Shown here in pieces: positions 39,330 to 53,056 of a stretch of 64,000 nt of DNA. The position numbers and the translations under genes are program-made. Position 1 is the first letter of the stretch; every line of letters begins with the position of its first letter. This DNA comes from Octopus vulgaris (taxonomy: Eukaryota), in NCBI GenBank assembly GCA_951406725.2, contig OX597828.1:54126001-54190000 (forward strand). The letters are read 5' to 3'. The notes under the pieces were generated by a model. That model saw only the letters and a program-made list of their open reading frames with translations, had not been told where the DNA came from and searched no databases.

Positions 39330-39941
39330 ATCCTCATCATCGTCGTCGTCGTCGTCGTCGTCGTCGTCATCATCATCATCACCACCATCGTCATCATCGT
39401 CATCATCATCATCATCGTCATCATCATCATCATCATCATCATCATATCCTCATCATCGTCGTCGTCGTCGTCGTCATCATCGTCATCATCACCATCACCA
39501 TCATCGTCATCATCATCATCAATCATCATCGTCGTCGTCATCATCATCATCATCATCATCATCGTCGTCGTCATCATCATCATCGTCATCATCACCATCG
39601 CCGTCGTTGTCTTGATATCCATCAAAATCACCATCGTCTTCGTCATCATCATCATCACCATCGTCTTCGTCATCATCATCATCACCGTCGTCGTCGTCGT
39701 CATCATCGTCATCATCATCATCATCATCATCGTCATTATCGTCATCATCATCATCACCATCATCATCACCATCGTCGTCGTCGTCGGCGGCGTCGTCATC
39801 ATCATCATCATCATCATCATATCCTCATCATCATCGTCATCATCACCATCATCACCATCATCCTCATCATCATCATCATCATCACCATCATCATCACCAT
39901 CGTCGTCGTCGTCGGCGGCGTCGTCATCACCATCATCATCA
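39205..39941. repeat. (CAT)n/(CGT)n compound microsatellite
   Basis: Seen directly. Confidence 0.95.
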
Positions 39942-40241
39942 TTGTTCCAAGTATTTTACTGGATTGTTTTTACTCTTTTGTTCATTTGTTTTGTTTGTTT
40001 TTGCTGTCTTCTATTAATTTTGTGAATGTTGAGAGAGATTTACATGTTGCTCTTCCTTTACACAATGTGGAGTGTGTGTGTGTGTGTGTGTGTGTATTAG
40101 TGTGTGTGCGTGCGAGACAGGTTGATTAGAGGGAAGGAGGAGAGGAGGAGGAATGAAGGGAGGGAATGAAGGGAGGAAGGAAGGAATGGTGCATGGTGTG
40201 TTAATGTTGTTGAGTAGGAGAATTGGTTGTAGTTGATATTT

Positions 40242-41090
40242 GAAGAGGAGGAGGAGGAGGAGGAGGAGGAAGAAAATGAAGAAGAAGAAAAAGAAGAAGA
40301 AGAAGAAGAAGAACGAGAGAAACAGAAGAAGAAGAAGAAGAAGAAGAAGAAGAATTAAAAGAGGGAGAAGAAGGAAAGGGGAGGAGGAAGTAAAAAAGAA
40401 ACAAAAAAGAGAGGAAGAAAGGGGAAAGAAAAAGGAGGTGGAGGAGGAGGAGGAGGAGGAAGAAGAAGAAGAAGAAGAAGAAGAAGAAGAAGAAGAAGAA
40501 GAAGAAGAAGAATTAAAAGAGGGAGAAGAAGGAAAGGGGAGGAGGAAGTAAAAAAGAAACAAAAAAGAGAGGAAGAAAGGGGAAAGAAAAGGAGGTGGAG
40601 GAGGAGGAGGAGGAAGAAGAAGAAGAAGAAGAAGAAGAAGAAGAAGAAGAAGAAGAAGAAGAAGAAGAAGAATTAAAAGAGGGAGAAGGAAAGGGGAGGA
40701 GGAAGTAAAAAAGAAACAAAAAAGAGAGGAAGAAAGGGGAAAGAAAAGGAGGTGGAGGAGGAGGAGGAGGAAGAAGAAGAAGAAGAAGAAGAAGAAGAAG
40801 AAGAAGAAGAAGAAAAGAAGAAGAAGAAGAAGAATTAAAAGAGGGAGAAGAAGGAAAGGGGAGGAGGAAGTAAAAAAGAAACAAAAAAGAGAGGAAGAAA
40901 GGGGAAAGAAAAGGAGGTGGAGGAGGAGGAGGAGTAGGAGGAAGAAGAAGAAGAAGAAGAAGAAGAAGAACGAGAGAAACAGAAGAAGAAGAAGAAGAAG
41001 AAGAAGAAGAAGAAGAAGAAGAAGAAGAAGAAGAAGAAGAACGAGAGAAACAGAAGAAGAAGAAGAAGAACAAGAACAAAAGAAACAGAA
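40242..41090. repeat. polypurine higher-order repeat, about 160-bp period, with (GAA)n/(GGA)n
   Basis: Core TTAAAAGAGGGAG... starts at 40355, 40513, 40673, 40835. Confidence 0.9.
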
Positions 41091-41235
41091 GAGGTGCCAC
41101 GACAAAGGATGAGCAAGAAAGAGGGAGATGAGTGAGAAGTGGGGAAAAAAAGACTGAGAGAGAGGAAGATGGTGAGTGCTGAAGAGGAAAAAAGGTGTTA
41201 GCAAGAGAATATATGAGAGAGAGAGAGAGAGAGAG

Positions 41236-41271
<36 letters not shown>

Positions 41272-41823
41272 AGTGTGTTCGCGCGCGTATGTAAATGTGT
41301 GCGTTCAGATTCACAATGAAGACGCTAAAGTAATTTGATGACTTTTTTAAAAAGTACTTTTACAGTAAGAGATTTCTTGTTTGTCATTTTAACATTGTTG
41401 CTTACAAGTTGTTACTGTTATTATTTAACCTCAAGATAGCTTTGATCGAGCAAACATTATGATGAAGAGCGTTCCAGACCTGACCATCATACCTCTTGTA
41501 TATCAGGGATTATATTCTCCAACGCATTTCTTTATCTTTTGAGAAAATTTTCCTCAATTTCAGTTATTTGGTCGTATGTGAGTTATCTCCCTTCTTTTAC
41601 GCTTTAACCCACACCCCTTTCCAGGAAGTTTTTCGCAGCTAATAACTTGAATTAATATCAGCTGATCGAAATTTCGCAGTTCTCTATTGGACCCCATCAA
41701 CACTATTCTTATTTAGTGTGTCGAAGACTCCTTTGTCGAATAGATTCCTTCGCAATAAGCATCCGTCGGTCTCAAGAGGCCATGAATCTGCGCCCGAAGA
41801 ATTCGTGTCAGCTGGTGATGGTG

Positions 41824-42209
41824 GTTGCTGTTGCTGTTGCTATTGAGCCAACGGTCTTCGTCCCGTCTGTAGTGGGAGAAGCCCGAAACGTGGTCCTTTT
41901 GCTATTCGTAAGACCCGCAGAAGAGAAAGCAGGTCAACCCTCGACACCGAGAGCATCGACGGATGGATGAATGCGCATCCAGGCTCAGCGGTTGCGTAGG
42001 AAGTCGGATACAAGAAACAGGAAGAAAGAGTGAGAGAATGTTGTAGCGAAAGAGTACAACCAGGGGACGCCACCACCCCCTGCCGGAGCCTCGTGAGGCT
42101 TTTAGGTGTTTTCGCTCAATAAACACACACAACGCCCGGTCTGGGAATCGAAACCGCGATCCTCCCACCGCGAGACCGCTGCCCTAACCATTGGGCCATT
42201 GCGGCTCCG
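41824..42209 (-). mobile_element. SINE family C, tail type 2
   Basis: Same head as 13989; body and tail shared with 55204-55570. Confidence 0.8.
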
Positions 42210-42212
42210 CTG

Positions 42213-42390
42213 ATGGTGGTGCAGTGTCTGTTGTTGCTGTATAGGCCCACATGGGAGTGGAAGTCACGCATACAGCGACTGCATTTGAAGGAGTTCTCTT
42301 CCTTCCATCGAGTGTACTTTTCTTTGATGGCGAGTTCCTGTTTTTCATCCCTTCGCGAGTACTGTCCAAATCTCCGACCAATCACATACA
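42213..42390 (-). mobile_element. RTE-like LINE C-terminal remnant
   Basis: FKCSRCMRDFHSHVGLYSNNRHC Zn-finger-like terminus. Confidence 0.55.
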
Positions 42391-42391
42391 G

Positions 42392-42644
42392 CTAGCTGGC
42401 ATTTAATTGGCGTATCAAGTTTCGGGCATTTTGATTGGGTTTTGGATAGAAAATTCACAAAAAAGTAACTTCTATTGATTTTTTAATGGCTTTGCGGGGT
42501 GACTGGGGAAATGTAAAGATGTGCACGACCACCCTTGGCCAGTTTTGAATGACCATAGAAAGGGCGAGCCCTCTAACTGAAAAATTGTGGATTTGTATTG
42601 AGGACACACACACACAGACATTTTGCCGTTTATATAGAGAGAGA
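42392..42644 (-). mobile_element. Helitron-like 5' fragment
   Basis: Starts A|TCTCTCTCTATATAAACGGCA, like the 5' end of 25895-26284; no 3' hairpin seen. Confidence 0.45.
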
Positions 42645-43854
42645 TGTCCTTCCTTTTTAAGACAGAAACTAACGTCTTGAGGTAAATTTCACTGCTATAT
42701 CTAGCACGCCGATCAGATACAAAAGAGGTTCTTTCTGATGATGGCAATAATGGTGTAAGTAGTGATGGCAGTGGTGGTAGTGGTGGCGTCGGTGGCGGCG
42801 GCGACGATGCTGATAGTGGTGGTGGTGGTGCTGGTGGTGCTGGTGGTGGTGCTGGTGCTGGTGGTGCTGGTGCTGGTGGTGCTGGTGCTGGTGGTGCTGG
42901 TGGTAGTGGTGGCGGCGGTGGCGGCGGCGACGATGCTGATGGTGGTGGTGGTGGTGGTGGTGGCGGCGGCGGTGATGGTTATGTTAGTATTTGATGTTTT
43001 TGCTTGACAATAGCCTTCTGTTCTGTTGTGTATGTATGTATGTGTGTGTATGTATGTATGTATGTATGTGTATGTATGTATGTGTATGTATGTATGTATG
43101 TGTGTGTATGTATGTATGTATGTATGTGTATGTGTGTGTGTGTGTGTATGTATGTGTGTATGTATGTATGTATGTATGTATGTATGTATGTATGTATGTA
43201 TGTATGTATGTGTGTATGTATGTATGTTTGTGTGTGTATGTATGTATGTGTGTGTGTTTATGTGTACATTTGCGTTTGTGTATGTATGTGTGTATATAAA
43301 TATATATACATACATATACACGCTTGTATGTATGTAACTCTAGACAGCTTTATAAAAGGCAGTGGGAGGAGTTGAGGGGTGAAGTGGGAGGTCTGCTAAA
43401 TGTTAATGGTTGAGAATGTGGAAGTATGAATGTATGTGTCTATATGCGTGTGTGTGTGTGGGTGAGTGCGTGCATGTGTGTGTGCGTGTGTGTACGAGAG
43501 GAGAACGGCAGAGAAGTTGGTGAGATAAGAAGTGTGTGGCTGGCTGCAGAAGAAACGAATCCGGATAACGTTATAAATAGGTAAACCGGGTAGACATGAA
43601 CCAACCAACCAGCCAGCCAACCAGCCAACAGCTACCCTGCTACCCAACCAACCAACCAACCATCTAATCAGCCAACCACCTAACCGACCGACCAACCAGC
43701 CAGCCGTCTGACCAACTGACCAACCAGCCAGCCAATCAATTCACTCAAACGTTTCCTTCCTTTTCTCTTTCTGCCCCCCCTTCCCTCTTTCTGTCCTTCC
43801 ATGTTTTCACCCTTCCACAAACCCACCACAGCAGATCGATATTGTTTCATTAAT

Positions 43855-44180
43855 ATTTACTCTTTTACTCTTTCACTTGGTTCAGTCATTTGACTGCGGC
43901 CATGCTGGAGCACCGCCTTTTTTAGTCGAGCAAATCGACCCCAGCCAGGACTTATTCTTTGTTAGTCTAGTACTTATTCTATCGGCCACTTTTGTCGAAC
44001 CGCTAAGTTACGGGAACGTAAACACACCAGCATCGGTTGTCAAGCGATGTTGGGGGGACAAACATATATATATATATATATAAACATATATACGCCAGGC
44101 TTCTTTCAGTTTCTGTCTGCCAAATCCACTCACAAGGCTTTGGTTGGCCCGAGGCTATAGTAGAAGACACTTGCCCAAGG
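43855..44180 (-). mobile_element. SINE family A (head missing or displaced to about 44380-44416)
   Basis: Reverse-complement copy. Confidence 0.75.
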
Positions 44181-44593
44181 GGAGTAAATATTATCACATT
44201 GGCACCAAACAAAAAAGGCTGGGAAAAAAGACCAATATCACCTGAATAGCTGTGGAGTTGAACCTTTACTTTGTAGCCAAGTGATTTCAGGTTCAACCCC
44301 AGTGTGTGTCAACAAGGGTACTTTTCTACTAAAGCCTAGGGTTAAGTAATACCCTTACTAGATGGAAACAGTACAGAAGATACTTGCCCAAGGTGCCACG
44401 CAGTGGGACTGAACCCATATGATTTCAAATATAATTCGAAGGGGTGGGGGAACTGGAGATTGATTATATCGATCCAGTAGTACATGACCGGTACTTATTC
44501 TATCGATCGTGACACTGATACTGATTTCTAGAATAAAGACAGAGGGAGACACGTGAACAAGAGACAAAACTTGTTACTCCATATACTAATATA

Positions 44594-45107
44594 GCTAAAG
44601 GGGATGAGGGGTGGTCCATCTCGGACTAAAGGGGACGAGGATTAGTCCATTTCGGGCGAAAGAGGACGAGGGGGTGGTACACTTTGGGCTAAAGGGGACG
44701 TGGGACGGTTCATTTCGAGCTAAAGGGAACTAAAGGTGGTTCATCTCAAGCTAAAGGAGTCAGGAAGTGATCCATTTCGGGTTAAAGGGGGCGAGGAGTG
44801 GTCCATCTCGGGCTAAAGGAGTACGAGGCGTGGTTCACCTTGCGCCAAAGGGGACAAGGGGCAATCCATTCCGATTAAAGGAAACGAAAGGTGGTCAATT
44901 TCGAGCTAAAGGTGGTTCAAATGGGCTAAAGGTGACGAGGGGCAGACCATCCCGGGCTAAAGGGGACGAAGAGAGGTCCATCTCGAGCTAAAGGGGACGA
45001 GGGGTGGTCCACCTTGCGCTAAAGGAGACGTGGGGTGGCCCATTCTGAGCTAAAGGGAATGAAATGTGGGCCATTTAAGGTTAAAGGGGACGAGGGGTGG
45101 TCCATCT
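44594..45107. repeat. 31-bp G-rich minisatellite, about 16 diverged units
   Basis: Consensus GCTAAAGGGGACGAGGGGTGGTCCATCTCGG. Confidence 0.9.
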
Positions 45108-45726
45108 CAGGCGGTAGCTTTTGAAGAGTAGCGCTTTGTATGTTCTGTTCCGTGTGTTTTTGTGGAAAATGGGACGGTAAATTTTGCTTTTCGCCTTTCT
45201 AGGATCGATAAAAAAAAAGGTATCACTCCAAGGCAATGGATTGGTGAATCTGCAAGGACCAGATGCCTTGAAGTATTTGATCCAGATGTTTGCGTTCTGA
45301 GTTCAAATCCCGCTAAGACCTTCGTGAAGGCTAGCGTTAACCTATCACCTGGTTTAACACCACCTGTCATCTGGGTGCCTTTTGAAGATTCTCTACCCTG
45401 CTACAAGTATTTCGGTCAGGTTTTTGTTTTGAGGATCCCTTCCTCACTCTCTCCTCTTACTGCCCACCCTTCAGTCTCTGAGACACTGTAATGGACACTG
45501 CCTTCCCTCCTGACTAAAAGACAGCAAAATTAATAAATATAAACTGAAGGTTCTCCGCTTGACAGCGGTTGTTGTTATGCTTACGTCCACTCAACGAAGC
45601 GGTTCGGCAAAAAAGACTGGTAGAATAAGTACCAGGTTTTTTAAAAATAAAGTACTAGTAACAATTCATTCGAGTGAAAAAATTTTCAAGGCGTTGCCCA
45701 GCATGGCCGTGGTTTAATGACTGAAA

Positions 45727-45784
<58 letters not shown>

Positions 45785-47119
45785 GCGCGCGCACACACAT
45801 ATACATATATTGATTGATTGATTGACTGATTGATTGATTGATTAATTGAGGGTATAATTATAATCCTGGCGATTGCCTCATCAGCACATTTTATAGGATC
45901 ATGGCTAGCGTAGTATTCTAAGGAAAATCAGCGAGACTCTGTTAAATACAAAGAAAAGCACTTGATGATGATGATGATATTGGTGGTGGTGGTGGTGGTG
46001 GTGATGTATGCCCTGATGCAGTACCAGGCAGTGGATCGCTTGGCTTACGTCCTGCGACAGAGATCGTTACTAGTCGACGAACCTGGCTTACCCTTATCAG
46101 ACAGGTAGTCATGATGGGTATACTAGGCTTTGTATATTTTACCCCAGTGTCACTTTGATGGCATGCATTGCTCTTTCGCGCAATAATAATAGTATTTAAA
46201 TGAGGAAAGGAGATGAATTCTGTAGATGAATTATTTTTTTATTTCATATCTGATGCAATGTAATGTGAGTCATTCAATACATAGAAATATATGATAATAT
46301 TATCATAGTTCGTTCCCTTTCTCAGATATCTTGATATGTAAACACGATCATCGTTTGAAATAAACCTGCGATGCAGGAATTATTTCTATCACATTTCTGG
46401 CATATTAATAGCAAACAAACTGACCGAATACTTAAAGCCCTCGTTTGATATATAATATAAGATTTAAGTCAATTAATCGTAACGAAAGATATAAAAGAAC
46501 ATCAAAATAAAGTCAAAATAAAAGAAATTATTATATAAATCAGAATGTTTTCCATAGAAGGACATAAAGCCATTTCTATGAGCACTTTTGGCGACGTTAA
46601 ACAGTTGGAACAAACGGGCGAGCAAAAGAATGTCTATACTGTAAACCCACCAATCCTGCTCTTCACATATTCACACTTTTACTCCACATTCACACATATT
46701 CATGAGGTTTGTTCCATAGTTTGGTCGTCCCATGCTCCGATCTGATATACATTCATCTTCCGAAATTTTTACTCCATCATTGATCACACTTGCAAACGAT
46801 TTATTGAATTCAGAAAGCATTTATCTGGCGATAGTCTTGTTTGATTTGTTTCCTTCATATCTATATGCTCTGAAAATACAAGCAATTACCGTACACCTCG
46901 GCCATAATTATCGTTCGTCCATAATATTGTTACAGATAGCCGCTATAATTATCGCCTGTCTAACATATTGTATTCCCATCTTTAATATTTTCAACCACCA
47001 TTAAAATTGCGAACCAAAGCGAATGTCTATGTATCGTTGCTTGACCTGCTAAAAACAGCTGTCAATTGTCACTCAAAACATATCAGGAAGTGATGACTTA
47101 GATATTTATTTTTAAATAT

Positions 47120-47532
47120 TTCTCTACTACCCACAAGGGGCTAAACACATAGGGGACAAACAAGGACAGACAAAGGGATTAAGTCGATTACATCGACCCC
47201 AGTGCGTAACTGGTACTTAATTTATTGACCCCGAAAAGATGAAAGGCAAAGTCGACCTCGGCGGAATTTGAACTCAGAATGTAACGGCAGACGAAATACC
47301 TATTTCTTTACTACCCACAAGGGGCTAAACACAGAGGGGACAAACAAAGACAGACAAACGGATTAAGTCGATTACATTGTCCCCAGTGCGCAACTGGTAC
47401 TTAGTTTATCGACCCCGAAAGGATGAAAGGCAAAGTCGACCTCGGCGGAAGTTGAACTCAGAACGTAACGGCAGACGAAATACGGCTACGCATTTCGCCC
47501 GGCATGCTAACGATTCTGCCAGCTCTCCGCCC
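47120..47532 (-). mobile_element. SINE family B tandem dimer
   Basis: Full unit followed by head-less unit; junction AAAGAAATAG|GTATTTCGTCTGCCG. Confidence 0.85.
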
Positions 47533-48241
47533 TCTAAAAGGACAGTATTGTCACATTTGGGGTGTTGGGGTGTCTATAAACAGTTCTTTTTTCTCGATCA
47601 CAATTGACGCTGGACAAAACCATCACAATAATAGCAACTGCAGCAGCACATCTGCTTCAGTTACAGCAGCACCAATCTCAACAACAGCAGCAACACCCAT
47701 CGACTTTGTCCGTTCGTCCGCTTGCTTGCTTGTTTGATTGTTAAAAACCGCTGAAGCTCGGAAAGCCAAAATGTTTATCAATGATATAATTAACAAAATG
47801 TTTATATAATTAGTGATAATAATAAATGCTCAGTTTCCTTATTTTTTTGGCATAGGAAGTTTCCTTTTCATACTTTTATATTTTGTTATATTTTAAGAGC
47901 TTTAGCTTCGTAGGTTGTAAGGGGGAAATGAAACCGTTTACACGAAAACCGAAATGCACAAGTAACAAAGAAATTCATTCACAGATTCAGGAACATAGCA
48001 ACACGATTTATTTCGGATATTGTTGGCTATAAAATATAGTAATTGAGAACGTATTGAAGCATGGACAATATGTGTGAATGAGCGTGTAAGTGAGTGTGCG
48101 TAAATAATATCTACGTATGATGAGTGTGTGTGTGTGTAAAAATATATATACTCACACAAACATGCACATATATAGCAATGCTTGAATGCATTTTGTATTA
48201 CTAGATTTTATAGCCAATAATGTGCGTTTGTAGGTGCGTAT

Positions 48242-48286
<45 letters not shown>

Positions 48287-48513
48287 TACATGTGTGCGTT
48301 AATAATCCGTTTCTTACGATTGGACTCGAAGTAGGTAAAGCTACAAATGATAGCGTGTAAATAATGGGTTAGCTTTTTGAGCTATTATTTACGGCTTTAT
48401 CTACTGTCTGGAAAACGAATTATTTCACGTTCTCTCGAAGTTTCTAACTTTTCATGATAAAAACGACGCGTACGCACGCCCGTACGTACGTACACATGCA
48501 CGCGCGCGCGCAT

Positions 48514-48732
48514 ACTCTTTTACTTGTTTCACTCATTTGACTATGGCCATGCTGGAGCACCGCTTTTAGTCGAGCAAATCGACCCCAGGACTTATTCTTT
48601 GTAAGCCTAGTACTTATTCTATCGGTCACTTTTGCCGAACCGCTCAGTTACGGGACGTAAACACACCAGCATCGGTTGTCAAGCGATGTTGGGGGGACAA
48701 ACACAGACACACAACCACACACAGACACACAA

Positions 48733-48809
<77 letters not shown>

Positions 48810-48954
48810 CGACAGGCTTATTTCAGTTTCCGTCTACCAAATCGGCCCGAGTCTATAGTAGAAGACACTTGCGCAAGGTGCGACGCAGTGGGACTGAACC
48901 CGGAACCATGTCGCTGGTAACCAAGCTACTTACCACACAGCCACTCCTACGCCT
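48514..48954 (-). mobile_element. SINE family A
   Basis: Reverse-complement copy with small internal deletion. Confidence 0.85.
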
Positions 48955-49192
48955 ACATTTAGCATATTGATGAAAGTGAGTGCTGCTTTGTTCGCGTCTC
49001 AGTTTCCATGCCACTGCAACCTTCACGCGGTAGTACAAGCCTGAAGACCGCAGTGCCACGAAACTCTTTTCTTTATCAAGGACATTGACTCATTTATACT
49101 ATTTTGCTCATTTTATTTGGCTTTTTTTTTTCAATCTGTCCATAAATGTGTTTGTAATCACCTACAGACACAATAACTACTGCTGCAGCAGC

Positions 49193-49246
<54 letters not shown>

Positions 49247-49632
49247 GGTGGTGGTGGTGGTAGAAAAGGTATTGAAATGTTTTGGCTCTGTTGGGATAAA
49301 TGAAGAATTTCCCTTTTGTTTCCATGTGCAAACATTTTTGTTTAGTTTCGAGCCACTTCTTTCTTCCAAACCATTATCTATCAGAATTAAATGCCTGGTT
49401 TTTTTTTGGGGGTTTTTTTTTTCTGTTTGTTGTGTTGTTATGAAAAACATGGATAGATTATCGAATAGATGTTGCTTTGTGTGTGTGAGTGTATATGTGT
49501 GTGTGTGTTTGTGTGTGTTTGTGTGTGTTTGTGTGTGTGTGTGTGTTTGGTGGTTTTCGTTTTTGCTGTAGTCACTGCTATTATTGTTGTTGCTGTCTCC
49601 GTCGTCGTCGTCGTTGTTGTTGTTGTTGTTGT

Positions 49633-49690
<58 letters not shown>

Positions 49691-49920
49691 AATGATGATG
49701 ATGATGACGATGATGACGATGACGATGACGATGACGATGATGATGATGACGATGACGATGATGATGATGATGATGATGATGACGATGATGATGATGATGA
49801 TGATGATGACGATGATGACGATGACGATGATGATGACGATGACGATGATGATGATGATGATGACGATGATGACGATGATGACGATGATGACGATGGTGAT
49901 GATGATGATTATGACGACGA
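49633..49920. repeat. (GAT)n/(GAC)n microsatellite
   Basis: Seen directly. Confidence 0.95.
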
Positions 49921-50317
49921 CGCTGCTGCTATTGTAGTTGACGTTGGTGTTTTGGTTGGACACAGGCCAGCTCTAACAGAACAAACCTACGATGATGGCA
50001 AGCGTTCCAGCCGTGACCATTCCACTTTTTATTCAAACATATAATACCTTGGACTATGCATCCTTTGTTTTCCTTTCCTAAGTGATTTGAAAGGGGATGG
50101 TATTTTCCTCCCTATTTCTAGCAACTCAAACGTCTACCTAAAGTCTCCCTCATCATCACTATTAAATTTTTTTTTTTTTGATGCTGCGCTTCGATAAAAA
50201 TGACTCGGAATTGATATGTCCATATCTGTCCCGAAAAGGTCATACAAGACTCGAAGTAGATAAAGCTATAAATAATAGCGTGTAAAATAATGGATTAGCT
50301 TCTTTAGTCAGAAGTCG

Positions 50318-50742
50318 GGATCTTTTCTGTTTGAACGGCAGTTTTTAACAATTTCTAGGTAACTAAACACTTTTTAACTTCGTATACTGGTAGAATGTGT
50401 TTATAAAGCATTTTTTTCTCTTGGCTTTATTGAGAAAATTCTATAGTTTGTAAGATATTTGTTGTTGTTTTTTCTTCAATTTCTGAAATTTCAACCAATC
50501 AGTGATGTCTATTTGAGGTGAAAACGTTCTGTGCCGTATGAATATGTCCCTTGTTTAAGAAACAGATTGGGATTATTTACATTTGTGAAGAAAAAAAGAT
50601 ACCCGTCCCCCACCCCTAACCCTAACTAACCCTAACCCTAAAACAGATTGAAATGCAATAGATCGATACTAGGGTCATAATTATGGGTGACAATTTCATA
50701 TGACACCGCTAGAAAAAACTGCCGTTCAAACCGAAAAGATCC
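50318..50742. mobile_element. GGATC-TIR MITE, second full copy
   Basis: Colinear with 36687-37121; TSD not preserved. Confidence 0.85.
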
Positions 50743-52474
50743 GGTAGAAGACTTTTGTTGAGGAAATGGTTACAGTTGATGATAACAACCCCAGTAGTTT
50801 ACTGGTACTTATTTAATCGACTCTGGAAGAACGCAAGTTAGTCAATCTTGGCAGGATTTGATACCCAGGCGTAGATTACATCTATGCTATCGCAGGATAT
50901 TTTGTCCGAATTTGTTAAAATTAACAAGTAGAATATACATTCGATTGAATCGATCTTAGTGAATTCATTACAATGAATGACTTGAGCAATTTATAAGAGA
51001 AAGGCTTGAAAGACAAAATCATCCATGAGGGTATCTGAAACAGGAAACAGAACTAAGGGAGGTAAATCAAATACTTGAAGGCACTTTAGTGCAGCACTCG
51101 GCTTGTTTCGTGTGAACCCAAATGTAATGAGATTAAACAGATGACATAACAACAAGATTAACGGATTAACCATATCGGATTTACAAACAAAAGTCTCCTC
51201 ACCACCACCACCATCTATTCGCCTCTCAAAACAACACAAACACACACACACACATACACACACATCACGTGATTCCAACAGATCCGAGTAAATTTCAAAA
51301 TTAAATTGAGAAACTGTGTTAATCTTTGTGTTAATGTAAACCTTCTTTGTAAAGGTTGTCGATGTTGTTGTTGTTGTTGTTATTGTCGTTGTTGTTGCTG
51401 TTGTTGCAGGTTCCGTCGTCGTCGTCGTTGTTGCGTTTATCGTTGATGATTGTGATGATGATGATGTAGTGGTTTTTGTTGTTGTTGTTATTGTAGCAGC
51501 TGTTGCTGCTGTCGGAGGCGATGTCGTTGCGCTGTTGTTGCTGCTGCTATTGTTGTCGTTACTGCTGCTGTTGTTATTATTTAGTCCCAGGTCAGCCCTC
51601 ACAGAGCCAAAATATGTTCAAAGGAGTTAAAAAAAACCCACTAGTCTACCTTAGAGGGGTGACCAAGTCCCTCGGAAGGACCTGCGAGGATTGAAAAAGG
51701 GAGCGAACAAATGATGGTTTTTAAACTTTTTTAAAAGCTTATCCATGGCGAAGGAAAAAGACGCTTGATATGAATATAAACTCAGCTGTGTCATGTTATA
51801 AATAAAGCTGGAAGTAGGAGGTAAAAACTCGGCGATCCTTCGGTATAGGTACACGCGTGACTTTGTTTACATTTCTGAAGATAACAGAAACCCTTTTCTC
51901 CCACCCCTAACCCTAACCACCCATATATAAAAAAAACACTTTCTTGAAATGTATCCGTTTCTTACACCGGTACTTATACCGAAGTTACGCCAAAAACTCA
52001 TTAAATATACTGTATAACCCAATTTTTGTCCTCGGGTAGCAACTCTTAGTTCCTGTTTGCTTACACCCCATAAAGTATGAAAAATGGCCAATATTTCCTT
52101 CAGACTTTACTTTTGTTACGATATTTATTCAAATCCGAAAGAATCCCTCTCAACATTATACTATGATGCTCCCTCACTACACCTGCTCATCATCAGAGAT
52201 GCACATATTGCAGCCATTAAGAGACATGCGCAAGTGATTAAGGTCAAGCAACTGACAAGCTAACCTGTGTTTATTGAGCAGAATATTTGCTATAACAATA
52301 TTTCTGCTTCAGCAACTCAGCGATGAATCAGTCTAAAGTGTAATGGAAAACAAGTCAGCTTCAAAACATTTTATGTCCAGTTTACAAAAGCAAAGTTTGA
52401 AGGGAATAGTAGCCATTTCCTTTGATTTCTAGATGAAAGCAAATAGGAAATAGCACTTACTGACCAAAGACAAA

Positions 52475-52535
<61 letters not shown>

Positions 52536-52602
52536 TAATAATAATAATAATGATAATAATAATAATAATTCAGGCTGTTCATGTTCTACTATTTATGGAT
52601 AA

Positions 52603-52903
52603 CTCGAATGTGGAATCTGAAAACAGAAACAATTCCTATCATAGTAGGTGCATTAGGCATGATAAAAGAATATTCAGACAAATACATAACAAAAACACCA
52701 GGACTTACAAACACATGTAACATACAGAAAATTGCACTACTAGGCACTGCACACATCCTACGCAGAACACTTTCAACGCAGTAACCATCAGAGCACCACA
52801 ACAAATCACAGCACATATCCAAGGCACACAGAGCTGCGCTCGGTAGTGAAGTGAAAGCACGCTATAAAAATAAAACTACTGAATGATAATAATAATAATA
52901 ATG

Positions 52904-52990
<87 letters not shown>

Positions 52991-53056
52991 TGCTCGGTAG
53001 TGAAGTGAAAGCACGCTATAAAAATAAAAATAAAACTACTGAATAATAATAATAAT
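52603..53056 (+). mobile_element. 5'-truncated R4/Dong-like LINE in (TAA)n plus a second tiny 3'-end copy
   Basis: RMWNLKTETIPIIVGALGMI...IQKIALLGTAHILRRTLSTQ*; (AAT)n on both sides; 3' UTR end repeated at 52990-53042. Confidence 0.75.

Noticed and set aside
44594-45107. CRISPR-like periodicity
   Set aside because: Contiguous units without unique spacers, no cas genes, eukaryotic context
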